From positions 4,726-68,725 of the forward strand of contig JAGOQQ010000005.1 in NCBI GenBank assembly GCA_017991395.1: a stretch of 64,000 nucleotides of DNA, read 5' to 3'. The first letter of the stretch is position 1. Each line of letters opens with the position of its first letter. Below the pieces are notes generated by a model. That model was not told the origin of the DNA, made no database searches, and saw only the letters and a list, made by a program, of their open reading frames with translations. Made by a program: the position numbers and the translations under genes. The DNA comes from Minisyncoccota bacterium. GTDB taxonomy: Bacteria; Patescibacteriota; Minisyncoccia; Phycocordibacterales; UBA9973. Below are positions 18,097 to 28,539 of the stretch, in pieces.

Positions 18097-18475
18097 TATC
18101 TGGTATTATAAGCTACATAGCCATAATTTGCGAACATATATATGATCCTAAACCCAAAACATCGAAAAAAAGTGAAAATTATCTGGAGTATTATTTCTAT
18201 TTTAATTGTACTTTCAATGATACTTCTCTATACACCAGTGTTTAGATAGCAATAAGCATGAGAACATAGAACGTGAAGCGTAGAACGTAAAATACTGATT
18301 TTGTGTCATTCTGAACTTGTTTCAGAATCTCAAATACTAAAGAGCGACGGCATAGCCGTCGCTCTTTTTGATTTTCTACATACAAAATATAGTGTTTCGA
18401 GGTATATTTAATTTGCTTGACTTTTTCGGAATTATGTAGTATAATACACACAAAAGAACTTAAAAACTATATCTC

Positions 18476-18958
18476 ATGAAGAACGTACTTCCCTTGTTTA
18501 TCCTCGCCTTGTTTTTTGCATCCTGCGAAAAAGAAGAGATCAACACCTTGGTATCACCGATTCCGCCGGCAACAATACGAGTTACTTATTTAGTGCACTC
18601 AGTAGACCAACAAGCAGAAACGTTAAGCAGAAAAATTACTTACGTGTCTGACTGGAAAAAGGACTCTGCTGGTAACGCGGTGACCCCCGTACTAACCACG
18701 GTTGTTGCAACAGGAAACTTTACAATAACTGTTGAAATGACCACAATCCATGTACCCGTAGGCACAAGCCACCCAGGGAAATTTAATTGTATGGTTCCTT
18801 CCGGAATAGGCTGGGAATCTACAGACGGAAAAAATTCCCTTACGGTAGTCGAAATTAAAAATGAAGACTCACTGGTAGCAAAAAAGTCTGGAGGTTGCGT
18901 AAGTAGCGGTAGGTCTTTCTTTACAGCAGATGTTTACTTATACGATATGTATTGGTAA
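18476..18958 (+). CDS. hypothetical lipoprotein
   Basis: The signal peptide has a lipobox (LALFFASC). A bidirectional terminator, atccctttc...gaaagggat (18975-19002), follows it. Confidence 0.55.
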   Translation: MKNVLPLFILALFFASCEKEEINTLVSPIPPATIRVTYLVHSVDQQAETLSRKITYVSDWKKDSAGNAVTPVLTTVVATGNFTITVEMTTIHVPVGTSHPGKFNCMVPSGIGWESTDGKNSLTVVEIKNEDSLVAKKSGGCVSSGRSFFTADVYLYDMYW

Positions 18959-19011
18959 ACACATTGCAAAAAAACAAAATCCCTTTCTTTTAACTGGAAA
19001 GGGATTTTTTA

Positions 19012-20835
19012 CTATCCTTCTCTCATCATTTTCAAAAAAACGTCATGAGGAATATTGACCTTTGCGCGAGCTTGCATCTTTTTCTTTCCTTTCTTTTGTT
19101 TTTCGAGCAATTTCATTTTTCGAGTAATATCACCTCCATACAAATATCCCGTCACATCCTTTCGAAACGCGGACAATGTCTTTGAAGCGATAATTCTACC
19201 ATTTGCATATCCTTGAATCTTAGTGACGAACATTTGCCGTGGAAGAATACCATGCAATTTTTCAACCGCATTTTCTGCTTCTTCTTGTGCACGACGTTTT
19301 GAAATAACTCGCGTAAACGCAGGAACAATTTCTTCTGCAACAAAAATATCAAGTCGTGTGACATCAGCGAGACGCATATCTGCAAATTCGTAGGAAATTG
19401 ATGCATACCCAGATGAAATACTTTTGAGTTCATCAAAAAAGTTTCGCATCATTTCTCGAAGTGGCATAAGAACATTGATCGCAGAACGATTGTCTCCAAA
19501 GTTTTCTGTTTCGTGTACCTCTGCTTCATGATCATACAAAAGTGGCATAAGTGAACTAAGATAATTTGATGGTGTGATGATTTTTATTTTCACCCACGGC
19601 TCCATCACTTGCGTAAAATCACCATCGTTTGGAAAAAGATGAGGAGAATAAATAGTTTGTTCTTTACCGTTTTTGAGTTTGACAATATACGTAATCGAAG
19701 GCGTGGTGACTACAAGTTCAAGGTTGAATTCTCTGCGAAGTCTCTCTGAAATGATTTCCATATGAAGCATCCCAAGGAAGCCACATCTATACCCACGTCC
19801 AAGTGCCCCAGAAGCCTCTTCCTCGAATGTAAACGCAGAATCCGAGAGCTTGAGTCGAGACAAGGCAAGCTTGAGCTCTGGGAAGTCGTCCGCACTTTCT
19901 GGATAAATAGACGCCCACACCACAGGACGTGGGAGCATGTATCCAGGAAGTGCTTCTTGAGGATTTTTGAAGAGTGTAATCGTATCTCCCACAGACGCGA
20001 TACCTGGGCGTTTGATACCGGTCACAATATATCCAATTTCACCCGCACAAATTTTTTCTTTTGAAACTTCGTCAGGACTAAAGGTACCAACTTCAAGTGT
20101 GATAAATTTTTCATTTGAAATTCTAAAAAGAAGTGTGTCGTGTGGCTTCACCTGTCCGTTCAAAATTCGAACATACACAATCACACCTTGGTGGTTTGAG
20201 TATTTGAAATCAAACACAAGTGCCTGAAGCACAGACGCGGAGTCACGCGGATCTGACGCGGATGAACGCGGAGAAGTAATAGTTGGAGCAGGTACTCTTT
20301 CTTTTACAGCCCTTAAAAGTTCAGCTACACCCTGTCCGGTTTTTCCAGAAACCTCAAGCACAGTATCTGGATCAACATTTAGAAGTGCGGCAATTTCAAG
20401 CTTAGTTTCGTCCACGCGTGCAAGTGGTGAATCCACTTTTGACACCGCGGGAATAATCACCAGTCCACTTTCGCGCGCCATTTGAAGTGTAGTGAGAGTC
20501 TGCGCTTGAACACCTTGAGTAGAGTCAACAAGAAGAATAGATCCTTCTACTGCTTTCAATGCACGAGATACTTCGTATGAAAAGTCGATGTGTCCAGGAG
20601 TATCGATGAGGTTCATCACATACATCTGTCCATCAATTTCGTATTCCATTCGCACAGGTTGCATTTTGATTGTAATTCCCCGCTCTCGTTCAAGCTCCAT
20701 ATTGTCTAGTACCTGATCACGCATTTTGCGAGATTCAATAGTATGAGTCACCTCAAGCATACGATCGGCAAGCGTAGACTTGCCGTGGTCGATGTGGGCG
20801 ATAATAGAAAAGTTTCGGATATTTTCAGGCTTCAT
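19012..20835 (-). CDS. lepA: elongation factor 4 (LepA)
   Basis: The G domain has [10 protein letters not shown] and DTPGH. The LepA-specific C-terminal domain is present. A repeat-encoded peptide, SPRSSASDPRDSAS, is inserted in the linker after the G domain. Confidence 0.9.
   Translation of the reverse strand: MKPENIRNFSIIAHIDHGKSTLADRMLEVTHTIESRKMRDQVLDNMELERERGITIKMQPVRMEYEIDGQMYVMNLIDTPGHIDFSYEVSRALKAVEGSILLVDSTQGVQAQTLTTLQMARESGLVIIPAVSKVDSPLARVDETKLEIAALLNVDPDTVLEVSGKTGQGVAELLRAVKERVPAPTITSPRSSASDPRDSASVLQALVFDFKYSNHQGVIVYVRILNGQVKPHDTLLFRISNEKFITLEVGTFSPDEVSKEKICAGEIGYIVTGIKRPGIASVGDTITLFKNPQEALPGYMLPRPVVWASIYPESADDFPELKLALSRLKLSDSAFTFEEEASGALGRGYRCGFLGMLHMEIISERLRREFNLELVVTTPSITYIVKLKNGKEQTIYSPHLFPNDGDFTQVMEPWVKIKIITPSNYLSSLMPLLYDHEAEVHETENFGDNRSAINVLMPLREMMRNFFDELKSISSGYASISYEFADMRLADVTRLDIFVAEEIVPAFTRVISKRRAQEEAENAVEKLHGILPRQMFVTKIQGYANGRIIASKTLSAFRKDVTGYLYGGDITRKMKLLEKQKKGKKKMQARAKVNIPHDVFLKMMREG
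20231..20272. repeat. In-frame 11-bp-periodic TCCGCG(T)NNNN tandem array inside lepA
   Basis: cagacgcggag tcacgcggat ctgacgcggat gaacgcggag. This encodes the extra peptide SPRSSASDPRDSAS between the G domain and domain II. Confidence 0.8.
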
Positions 20836-20963
20836 GTCTTGCCATCATATCAGAAAAGTGTTGGAAAATAAAGGCCTCTTAAACGCGAACGAGACGCGAA
20901 CTGAACGCTGACTGGATGCGAATTTAGCGAAAATCACAAGAAAAACTTAATTATTAATAATCA

Positions 20964-20992
20964 TTGACAAAACCATATAATTGTGATAAAAT
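20964..20992 (+). promoter_or_regulatory. sigma70-type promoter
   Basis: TTGACA (20964-20969), a 17-nt spacer, then TAAAAT (20987-20992), upstream of the ORF at 21016. Confidence 0.55.
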
Positions 20993-21015
20993 GTTTTTAA
21001 ACAATAAACATAAAA

Positions 21016-21267
21016 ATGGAGCCAAAAATAGCTATCGAGCTAATTCAAACTGGAAAATTATCAACGGAGGAAATTCTTCAGATTGGTAAAGAAGTAAAGG
21101 ATCAAAAGGTCTGGCAGGAGATTATTCAACAAATCGACTGGTCAAAATTTGAAATCAATGAAATGCTCAAGATTGGCAAAGAAGCAAATGATCCGAATGT
21201 CTGGCAAAAGATTGTTCAACAAATTAAATCTGGCAAATTCAAACAATACGAAGACCATCGTGGTTGA
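21016..21267 (+). CDS. small hypothetical protein with two ~35-aa internal repeats
   Basis: The repeats are EEILQIGKEVKDQKVWQEIIQQI and NEMLKIGKEANDPNVWQKIVQQI. The gene has a strong promoter and a terminator hairpin, gctcccctttattggggagc plus a T-run (21306-21336). Confidence 0.5.
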   Translation: MEPKIAIELIQTGKLSTEEILQIGKEVKDQKVWQEIIQQIDWSKFEINEMLKIGKEANDPNVWQKIVQQIKSGKFKQYEDHRG

Positions 21268-21390
21268 CAGATTTTTTTCAAATCTAAAAACTTAATTATT
21301 ATCATGCTCCCCTTTATTGGGGAGCTTTTTTATTTTTCATTTTCTGCGTTTTTTCCGCGTTCAGTCCGCGTGGTTCCGCGTCTTAGACGT

Positions 21391-23082
21391 TTAATCAGCG
21401 ATATTTTGATCTGGCACCACCACTGCCTGTTTCCAAAACTTTCTGTGTAGTGCTTGTGCCACTTCGGCAAGCTCGCGACTCTTAAGCAAATACAAAATTC
21501 CTGCCCACGCAATAAGTCCAATTATTCCTGCGACAAATCCCTGCAAGAAAATTCCCCAAAATGTATTTATGTCTACAATATCATCCAAAAATCCCAGAGC
21601 CTTGTATGTGACAAATCCAAGAATAAATGATGCGGCGATACTTTCAAATCCCACACGTTTGATTGTTGTTTTTGTTTCGGCAAAATAATCTTTTCTAAAC
21701 ATGAGCCAAAGTGCAAATGCATTTGCAATGATTCCACACGCATACCCAAGTGGAAGCATGAGTATTCGTGTACCTTCGATACCATCTACACGAAGAAGAG
21801 AATCTAGAAAATGCGCAAAAAATGGAACTTTGTCATACAGCATCAAAAATCCAAACGCAAAAAGAATTTCAGAAAGTGTAAATACAATATTTACCACAAG
21901 CGGACGATTCGTTCGGCCTGCTGCATAGTATCCACGTGTCAAAAGCACAATAAGACTTTGAGCAACAACAGAAAATGCAAAGAGTGCGAGAGCCGCCGCA
22001 GTGAGTCGTGTGTCATCCCAAGTAAATCTCCCTGTACCCAAAATCACACGAACAATCTGCGCACGTAATACGACGAAGAGTACAATCACTGGCATTGACC
22101 AAAAAATAATCTGACGCATTGATGTCATTATTGAGTGGCGAAATTCATCGAGCTTGCCGAGTGAAAATGCTTTTGCAAGCGTCGGAAATGCCGCGACAGA
22201 ATATGACACACCAATAATACTGATTGGAACTGCTTGAAGATTGTATGCAAAAGAGAAAATAGAAATTGATCCTTCATCCATCATTGAGGCAATAGCAATA
22301 AGTACCAAAAGTGCAAGACTATTGAGTGAAAGCCCAAGTGTTCTTGGGAGTGAAAGTAGCACAACTTCTTTGAGGAGTTTTTTGTCGACAGATTTTACAA
22401 CTGCTGGTGCAAATGAATGTGAGTACAGTACTGGCAACTGAATAAGCATATGAAGTATCGCTCCGATCACCACACCAATACCAAGACCAATCACACCCAT
22501 AGACGGGTAGAAAAAATAAATACCAGCAAGTATTCCGGCATTGTACAGTACTGGCGCAAGTGCATAGACAAAAAACTTTCTATACAACTGTGTGACTGTA
22601 CCAAAAAGATTTGAAAGTCCAAGAAATATTGGAGACAGAAGCATCACACGACTAGTAAGTACGAGTTCGTACATTTGGGCACTATCAAAACCTGGTGCGA
22701 TAAATGGTGCGATGTCTGGCATCAGTACAAACAAAATGACCGAGACCACTGCCATGAGAGCAAGGAAGCCTGAAAACACCTGAGAGAGAAATGCTCGAGC
22801 TACCGATGTATTGTTTTCATCGCCTTTCAATCGGTCAATCACAAATGGCAAAAGCACCGTAATTGAAACCATTGTAGAAACAGAGTTGAACATCAAGTCC
22901 GGAATTCGAAATGATGCGTAGTAGACATCGAGCGATCCAGACGCACCAAGCACGTGCGCAAAAGACCTGTCTCGAATCAATCCGAGAATCTGTGAGAGAA
23001 ACGCAAATCCGGCAAGCAAAAAAGCGGCTTCTGTGATACCGCTAAATTCCTTGTGTACGAGTGAGAGAAGCTTTTTGACCAT
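21391..23082 (-). CDS. murJ: lipid II flippase MurJ (MviN)
   Basis: It is a polytopic membrane protein. The N-terminal motif is IRDRSFAHVLGASGSLDVYYASFRIPD. Confidence 0.85.
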   Translation of the reverse strand: MVKKLLSLVHKEFSGITEAAFLLAGFAFLSQILGLIRDRSFAHVLGASGSLDVYYASFRIPDLMFNSVSTMVSITVLLPFVIDRLKGDENNTSVARAFLSQVFSGFLALMAVVSVILFVLMPDIAPFIAPGFDSAQMYELVLTSRVMLLSPIFLGLSNLFGTVTQLYRKFFVYALAPVLYNAGILAGIYFFYPSMGVIGLGIGVVIGAILHMLIQLPVLYSHSFAPAVVKSVDKKLLKEVVLLSLPRTLGLSLNSLALLVLIAIASMMDEGSISIFSFAYNLQAVPISIIGVSYSVAAFPTLAKAFSLGKLDEFRHSIMTSMRQIIFWSMPVIVLFVVLRAQIVRVILGTGRFTWDDTRLTAAALALFAFSVVAQSLIVLLTRGYYAAGRTNRPLVVNIVFTLSEILFAFGFLMLYDKVPFFAHFLDSLLRVDGIEGTRILMLPLGYACGIIANAFALWLMFRKDYFAETKTTIKRVGFESIAASFILGFVTYKALGFLDDIVDINTFWGIFLQGFVAGIIGLIAWAGILYLLKSRELAEVAQALHRKFWKQAVVVPDQNIAD

Positions 23083-23308
23083 TGTTTCTATTATATACGA
23101 GGAAAGGATGTATATTCAAACTGTTGATAAATTCCAATGAGCGGCGGCCTTTGGCCGCCGCTCATTGTGCGCGTAATAACAAAAGAATTTTAGATCCTGA
23201 AACAAGTTCAGGATGACACGGAATTCAGTATTTCAGGTTCTACGCTCCACGTTTAACGTACAACTTTCCCCGCTATTCCCTCATCCTTATTCCCTAACCC
23301 CTCTTTCT

Positions 23309-25969
23309 TTACCCTACCACTATATTTATAATTCTTCCTTTTACATACACAAACTTTTTAATTTCTTTTCCTAGAAGCCACGCGATTATCTTTGGATCTT
23401 GAAGTATCATATTTTTTACTTCGTCCTCATCTGCATTTTCATCAAGTGTAATTTCGCTACGCACCTTGCCATTTACCTGAATCCCAATTGTCACACCCTC
23501 GTGTGCAATTTTCTTTTTGTTTACTTTTGGCCACTCACTTTGATGTATTGAGTTTTTCATTCCAAGATTCTCCCAAATTTCTTCTGTCATAAATGGTGCA
23601 AACGGAGAGAGGAGTTTTATGAAATGAATATAATCATCTTTTGTTATGGCAGGCATATCATCAATCTGATTTTGTAAAATCATTAATGCTGAAATAGAAG
23701 TGTTGAAAGAAAATCCTTCAATGTCTTTTTGAACTTTTTCTGTGGTCTTGTGTAAAAGTGATTCAAATTTGTTGTATTTTTCGAGAGTTTCTTTTGAAAT
23801 ACTTTTCACAACTTTTTCCTGTGTACGCCATACTCGCTCAAGAAAACGTCTTGGCCCCATAATACTATCTGTATTCCACAATACCATTTGATCAAATGGT
23901 CCCATAAAAGATTCATACACACGAAGTGTGTCTGCACCATACGTCTTCACAATGTCATCAGGATTGATAACATTTCCCCAACGCTTAGACATTTTTCTTC
24001 CATCTTGGGCAATTACAAAACCTTGGTTGCGAAGTGCTTTGAACGGTTCTTCTGTGGGAACATATCCCATATCTTTCAAAAACTTGTGCCAAAAACGAGA
24101 ATATAAAAGGTGTCCTGTCGCATGCTCTTGTCCTCCAACATACATATCTACATCTTTCCAGTACGCAATTGCCTTTTTGTCTGCAAAAGCTTTTTTGTTT
24201 TTTGGATCCATATAGCGAAGAAAGTACCATGAAGATCCAGCCCATCCCGGCATTGTATTTGTCTCATATCCAGATTTGACCCAAGATGATACTGTCGCGA
24301 GAGGACTCTCACCTGTTCCAGACGGTGCGTATGATTTTACGTTTGGAAGCTTGAGTGGCAAAGATTTTACCTCACTTATTGTGCCATCTTTTTTGTGAAC
24401 AAGAGGAATTGGCTCACCCCAATATCTTTGTCGTGCAAAAATCGCATCACGCATTTTGTATTTTGTTACAATACGTCCACCAACTTTTTTTGTAATAGCT
24501 ATGCGCGCTTCGTGTGTTGAAAGTTTGTCAAAATCACCCGAATTGATCAGCTTGCCTTCTTCGCCGAGATAACAATCTTTTCCTTGTACAACTTTGACCA
24601 AAAATGACTCAAGTGTTTCAAGATCCATTCCAGAACCCGATGGCTCAACCACACACTTTTTTTCAAGTCCGTATTTTTCTGCAAATTCAAAATCTCTTTT
24701 GTCATGAGAAGGTACTGCCATCACCGCACCTGTGCCATATGACGCAAGTACATAATCAGCAATCCATACTGGAACTTCTTCACCATTTGCGGGATTGATA
24801 GCAAACACACCGTCAAGAATAACTCCTGACTTTTCTTTTGAAATATCTGTGCGATCGTGAATATCTTTTAATTTTGCACGAGCAATATATTCTTCAACCT
24901 CTTCTATATTTTTAGTATTCTTTTTCAATCTTTCAACAAGTGTGTGTTCGGGTGCAAGTACAACATACGTCACACCAAAAAGAGTATCCGCGCGAGTAGT
25001 GAAAACTTTTAATACAGCGTCTAGCGACTTGCTACTAGCGACTAGTTTGAAATCAATTTCGCTTCCTTCAGATTTTCCAATCCAATTTCTTTGAATTTCT
25101 TTTATGTTGTCGTTCCAATCAAGTCCATCAAGTCCGTTCAAAAGTCTATCTGCATATGCTGTGATTCGCATAAACCACTGTCGCATCATTTTCTTTGTAA
25201 CAGGATGCTCTCCGCGTTCTGACACTGGGCCACTTGGTCCATCAATAATCTCATCATTTGCAAGCACAGTCCCAAGTTCTTCACACCAATTCACTTCACT
25301 ATATCCTTGGTATGAGAGACGGTAATTCATCAGCATTTTTTCACGCTCATTTGACGACATTTTTTTCCAATCTTCTTTTGAAAAAAGCGAAGTGCTGTCG
25401 GAACATTCTGCCTCTACATTTTTATTTCCTTCTTTACTAAAAATAGTTTCAAGTATTTTTATGTCTCGTGCGCAATTTTTCTTTTTGTCATACCAAGAAT
25501 TATAAAGTTGCAAAAAAATCCATTGAGTCCATTTGTAATAGCTCGGGTCGTGAGTTGCAATCATCTTGTCCCAGTCATACGAAAATCCAATGATTTCGAG
25601 TTGCTTTCGATATTGTTTTACAAGTGTATCAGTAAAAGGCCCCGGATTCTTTCCAGTTTTGATTGCGTATTGTTCTGCAGGAAGTCCAAATGAATCAAAT
25701 CCCATCGGATGAAGTACGTTGTATCCTTGCATTCTCTTGAGTCGTGCAAACACATCAGACGCAATATACCCCCGCGGATGTCCCACGTGAAGTCCTGCCC
25801 CAGATGGGTACGGAAACATATCCAATACATAGCACTTACGCGGAAGTGACGCGGACTTTCGCGGACTAGACGCGGAAGGATTCTTTGTTTTATAAACCTT
25901 TTTCTTCTCCCACTGTTTTAGGATTTTTGCCTCAATTTTCTTGTGGTCATATTGCGTTAGTTTTTTCAT
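23309..25969 (-). CDS. leuS: leucine--tRNA ligase
   Basis: It has the HIGH-region FPYPSGAGLHVGHP and the KMSKS-region KMSKRWGN, with class I editing and anticodon-binding domains. A repeat-encoded insert, NPSASSPRKSASLPRK, lies near the N-terminus. Confidence 0.9.
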   Translation of the reverse strand: MKKLTQYDHKKIEAKILKQWEKKKVYKTKNPSASSPRKSASLPRKCYVLDMFPYPSGAGLHVGHPRGYIASDVFARLKRMQGYNVLHPMGFDSFGLPAEQYAIKTGKNPGPFTDTLVKQYRKQLEIIGFSYDWDKMIATHDPSYYKWTQWIFLQLYNSWYDKKKNCARDIKILETIFSKEGNKNVEAECSDSTSLFSKEDWKKMSSNEREKMLMNYRLSYQGYSEVNWCEELGTVLANDEIIDGPSGPVSERGEHPVTKKMMRQWFMRITAYADRLLNGLDGLDWNDNIKEIQRNWIGKSEGSEIDFKLVASSKSLDAVLKVFTTRADTLFGVTYVVLAPEHTLVERLKKNTKNIEEVEEYIARAKLKDIHDRTDISKEKSGVILDGVFAINPANGEEVPVWIADYVLASYGTGAVMAVPSHDKRDFEFAEKYGLEKKCVVEPSGSGMDLETLESFLVKVVQGKDCYLGEEGKLINSGDFDKLSTHEARIAITKKVGGRIVTKYKMRDAIFARQRYWGEPIPLVHKKDGTISEVKSLPLKLPNVKSYAPSGTGESPLATVSSWVKSGYETNTMPGWAGSSWYFLRYMDPKNKKAFADKKAIAYWKDVDMYVGGQEHATGHLLYSRFWHKFLKDMGYVPTEEPFKALRNQGFVIAQDGRKMSKRWGNVINPDDIVKTYGADTLRVYESFMGPFDQMVLWNTDSIMGPRRFLERVWRTQEKVVKSISKETLEKYNKFESLLHKTTEKVQKDIEGFSFNTSISALMILQNQIDDMPAITKDDYIHFIKLLSPFAPFMTEEIWENLGMKNSIHQSEWPKVNKKKIAHEGVTIGIQVNGKVRSEITLDENADEDEVKNMILQDPKIIAWLLGKEIKKFVYVKGRIINIVVG
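25838..25880. repeat. In-frame 11-bp-periodic TCCGCG array inside leuS
   Basis: acgcggaagtg acgcggacttt cgcggactag acgcggaagg. This is the same repeat family as in lepA and the intergenic copies. Confidence 0.8.
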
Positions 25970-26039
25970 ACTTCACTAAGGATATCAAAAAACCCCCGAA
26001 AAATCGAGGGTTTAAATACAATGCTTCTAATCCAATAAC

Positions 26040-26615
26040 TCACTTTCCCAAAGAACACACTGGGCGAAATTTTGTTTCTATAGGTGACAAAATTCCGCCT
26101 GACCAAGTAAACGCACTGTGATGATCAAGAGGAGGGTACAATATACGTCTAATCAAAATCGGAAATGATTTATAATTAGTAATGCCTTTTAGTCGAAATT
26201 CCAACAAATCTTTATCTGATGGATACTCCATTATTGCCATTTCAAAAAGTGCATTCACGCCATCTTCGAAATTTCTCGCTTTGACTGAAAAATCGTGTGC
26301 TTTTGGATGATCATAAAGCGATCTCAGGCACAATCCATAATTCACTACATAAGATTGCTTAGCAATTCTTTCAAACGCGTTATTTGACTCTTCTACTCCA
26401 TAAATTTCTGTCAAATACACAATTTTCCAACTACCTGAAAGCGAAACACGCACATTTCTAATTTTCTCTTCGTACGGGTCATCTTTTTGAGGAATTGTAT
26501 AGCGGAGTCCAATAATATCAATATCCGAATTATATTCCGGTTGACCGAAGATTTCTCGAAAGTACTCGAGTTTTTCCTGCACACTTACTTCCATTTTGAT
26601 GAAGTCTGTTTCCAT
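26040..26615 (-). CDS. hypothetical protein
   Basis: It is a 191-aa ORF. I recognised no motif. Confidence 0.45.
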   Translation of the reverse strand: METDFIKMEVSVQEKLEYFREIFGQPEYNSDIDIIGLRYTIPQKDDPYEEKIRNVRVSLSGSWKIVYLTEIYGVEESNNAFERIAKQSYVVNYGLCLRSLYDHPKAHDFSVKARNFEDGVNALFEMAIMEYPSDKDLLEFRLKGITNYKSFPILIRRILYPPLDHHSAFTWSGGILSPIETKFRPVCSLGK

Positions 26616-26852
26616 TTTTTCTAAGATTGTTTAGAAACAGTCTACTGTATTTGGTTTAAAAAGCAAGTAAAATACAAAGTGGGAAAATGCCGAGGCATTT
26701 TCCCACTGTATTTTTTTACCCCTCCTCGCATTCACTTCGTTCATGTCGTCCTCCCCTCTAGGGGAGGCTTTAATTCCGAATTCACTTTTCACTAACCCTA
26801 TTTACTAATCCCTGTTTTCTAAAGTCTAAAGACTAACTACTAAAGACTCTAA

Positions 26853-27899
26853 TTAAAGTCCCTTTGCTTCAACTGGTTTTGGGTATGGCGGGTACATATC
26901 CTTGTCGATAGTTCGTTCATAGCAGGTTCTACCTATTTTGTGATCCCAAGATTCATTTGTAGCTACACCAGGGTATGGATAGTTCGAACTTGTTGCCACA
27001 TCTCTCTCTGTCATCACAGGATACGCAATTCCACCACCAGAATACTCTTGCCATCCTTTTGGCATATCAGCACTAAATGTCGCACATAGTTCAAATGTCA
27101 TATCACTCTTTTTTGCATATTCATATGAAAGACCTTTTTCAAATTCCGGATCAACAGGAATCGTACTACCTGAAAGCGGATTTGAAAGTAATGCAAGTGT
27201 ATCAGGGAGCATTTCTTTTTGTTGCCAATAATTAATGACACTCCATTGGATTGATATCAGGTCTTGTACACGTTTGTCATCAAGACGAAGTGCGCGCTGA
27301 CTTTTCGGAGAACCAATAACAGAAAAGCTAAATGCGACAAGAAGTATCACCCATACAGACGCTTTGACCGCAGACCAAATACCTACTTTCATTTTCCATA
27401 CCCTTTCTCTGTTTGTAATTTCAAAAATATAATACACGCCCACAAATACCGCCACGAGAAGCGTCACGAGTACTTTGAATATAAAGCGTGAAGTGATTTC
27501 GCCGGAAACAAAATAACGCACAAGTGTCACGAGATCAACCACGACGACAATACTCGACAAAAACAAAATCAAATACACCATCCATTTTCGAATAGCAGTA
27601 TCAATATTTCCAAGTCCCGCTTTTGATGTCTTGCTCCAAAAATACGAAAGTGCCAAAAATACTGGGAACACTATAATAAGTGTCGCGATAGATGATCTGA
27701 TTGCATCATAGTTGTAGCTTGTGTATCCATATTGATATACAGCATTTAATACGTCTGGAAACTTTTTATCGAGAACATCGAAAGCAAGTGTAAGAAACGA
27801 TGTCACGACCGTAATCAATGACACAATTACGCCAAGCGACAAAAAGAAAAACTTCGGTGTCATTTTTGGCTGATTTTGCTGAATAGTTGTGTTTTCCAT
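26853..27899 (-). CDS. hypothetical polytopic membrane protein with a C-terminal extracytoplasmic domain
   Basis: Several TM helices lie in the first ~200 aa. Confidence 0.5.
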   Translation of the reverse strand: MENTTIQQNQPKMTPKFFFLSLGVIVSLITVVTSFLTLAFDVLDKKFPDVLNAVYQYGYTSYNYDAIRSSIATLIIVFPVFLALSYFWSKTSKAGLGNIDTAIRKWMVYLILFLSSIVVVVDLVTLVRYFVSGEITSRFIFKVLVTLLVAVFVGVYYIFEITNRERVWKMKVGIWSAVKASVWVILLVAFSFSVIGSPKSQRALRLDDKRVQDLISIQWSVINYWQQKEMLPDTLALLSNPLSGSTIPVDPEFEKGLSYEYAKKSDMTFELCATFSADMPKGWQEYSGGGIAYPVMTERDVATSSNYPYPGVATNESWDHKIGRTCYERTIDKDMYPPYPKPVEAKGL

Positions 27900-27957
27900 A
27901 TATGTATAAGTTAATTGAAGTGATAATATAAATATAGTATACTACTAACCCACACAA

Positions 27958-28506
27958 ATGACATCTCGTAAAACACCAAAAACAAAAACCCGAGTTCGCC
28001 CACGCCTTGAGCGCTGGACAGAAAATGCTATTAGCTGGGTCGGCTCAAAAAACTCAGTTGCGGTACATACCGTCTTTTTTATAGGGATGTTTCTTTTGAT
28101 ATTCCTTGGGGTAAAACCTGAGACAGTACTACTTGTACTTACGACAATTGTGTCACTCGAAGCGATCTACTTGGCAATCTTCATTCAAATGACCGTCAAC
28201 AAAAACACATTCGATATTGAAGAGATTCAAGAAGACGTGGAAGAAATTCAAGAGGATGTGGAAGAGATTCAGAAAGATGTCGATGAGATTCAAGAGGATG
28301 TGGATGAAATTCAAGAAGACGTCGAAGAAATTCAGGAAGACGTGGAAGAAATTCAAGAGGATGTTGATGAGATTCAGGAAGATGTTGACGAGATCGAAAA
28401 AGAAGAAGAGACAGCAGAACAAAAGCATGACCGCGAACTTCTCACAAAGATTGAAGGAACACTTGGAATTTTAATCAAAGAAATTGAACAGTTGAAAAAG
28501 AAATAA
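27958..28506 (+). CDS. Membrane protein (2 TM, DUF1003-like) with an acidic C-terminal heptad array
   Basis: The array is (E/D)EIQEDV x9, encoded by 21-bp tandem repeats at ~28219-28395. A terminator, ccccgcacacgtgcgggg, follows at 28510-28535. Confidence 0.55.
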   Translation: MTSRKTPKTKTRVRPRLERWTENAISWVGSKNSVAVHTVFFIGMFLLIFLGVKPETVLLVLTTIVSLEAIYLAIFIQMTVNKNTFDIEEIQEDVEEIQEDVEEIQKDVDEIQEDVDEIQEDVEEIQEDVEEIQEDVDEIQEDVDEIEKEEETAEQKHDRELLTKIEGTLGILIKEIEQLKKK

Positions 28507-28539
28507 CCCCGCACACGTGCGGGGTTATTTCTTAGTAAA

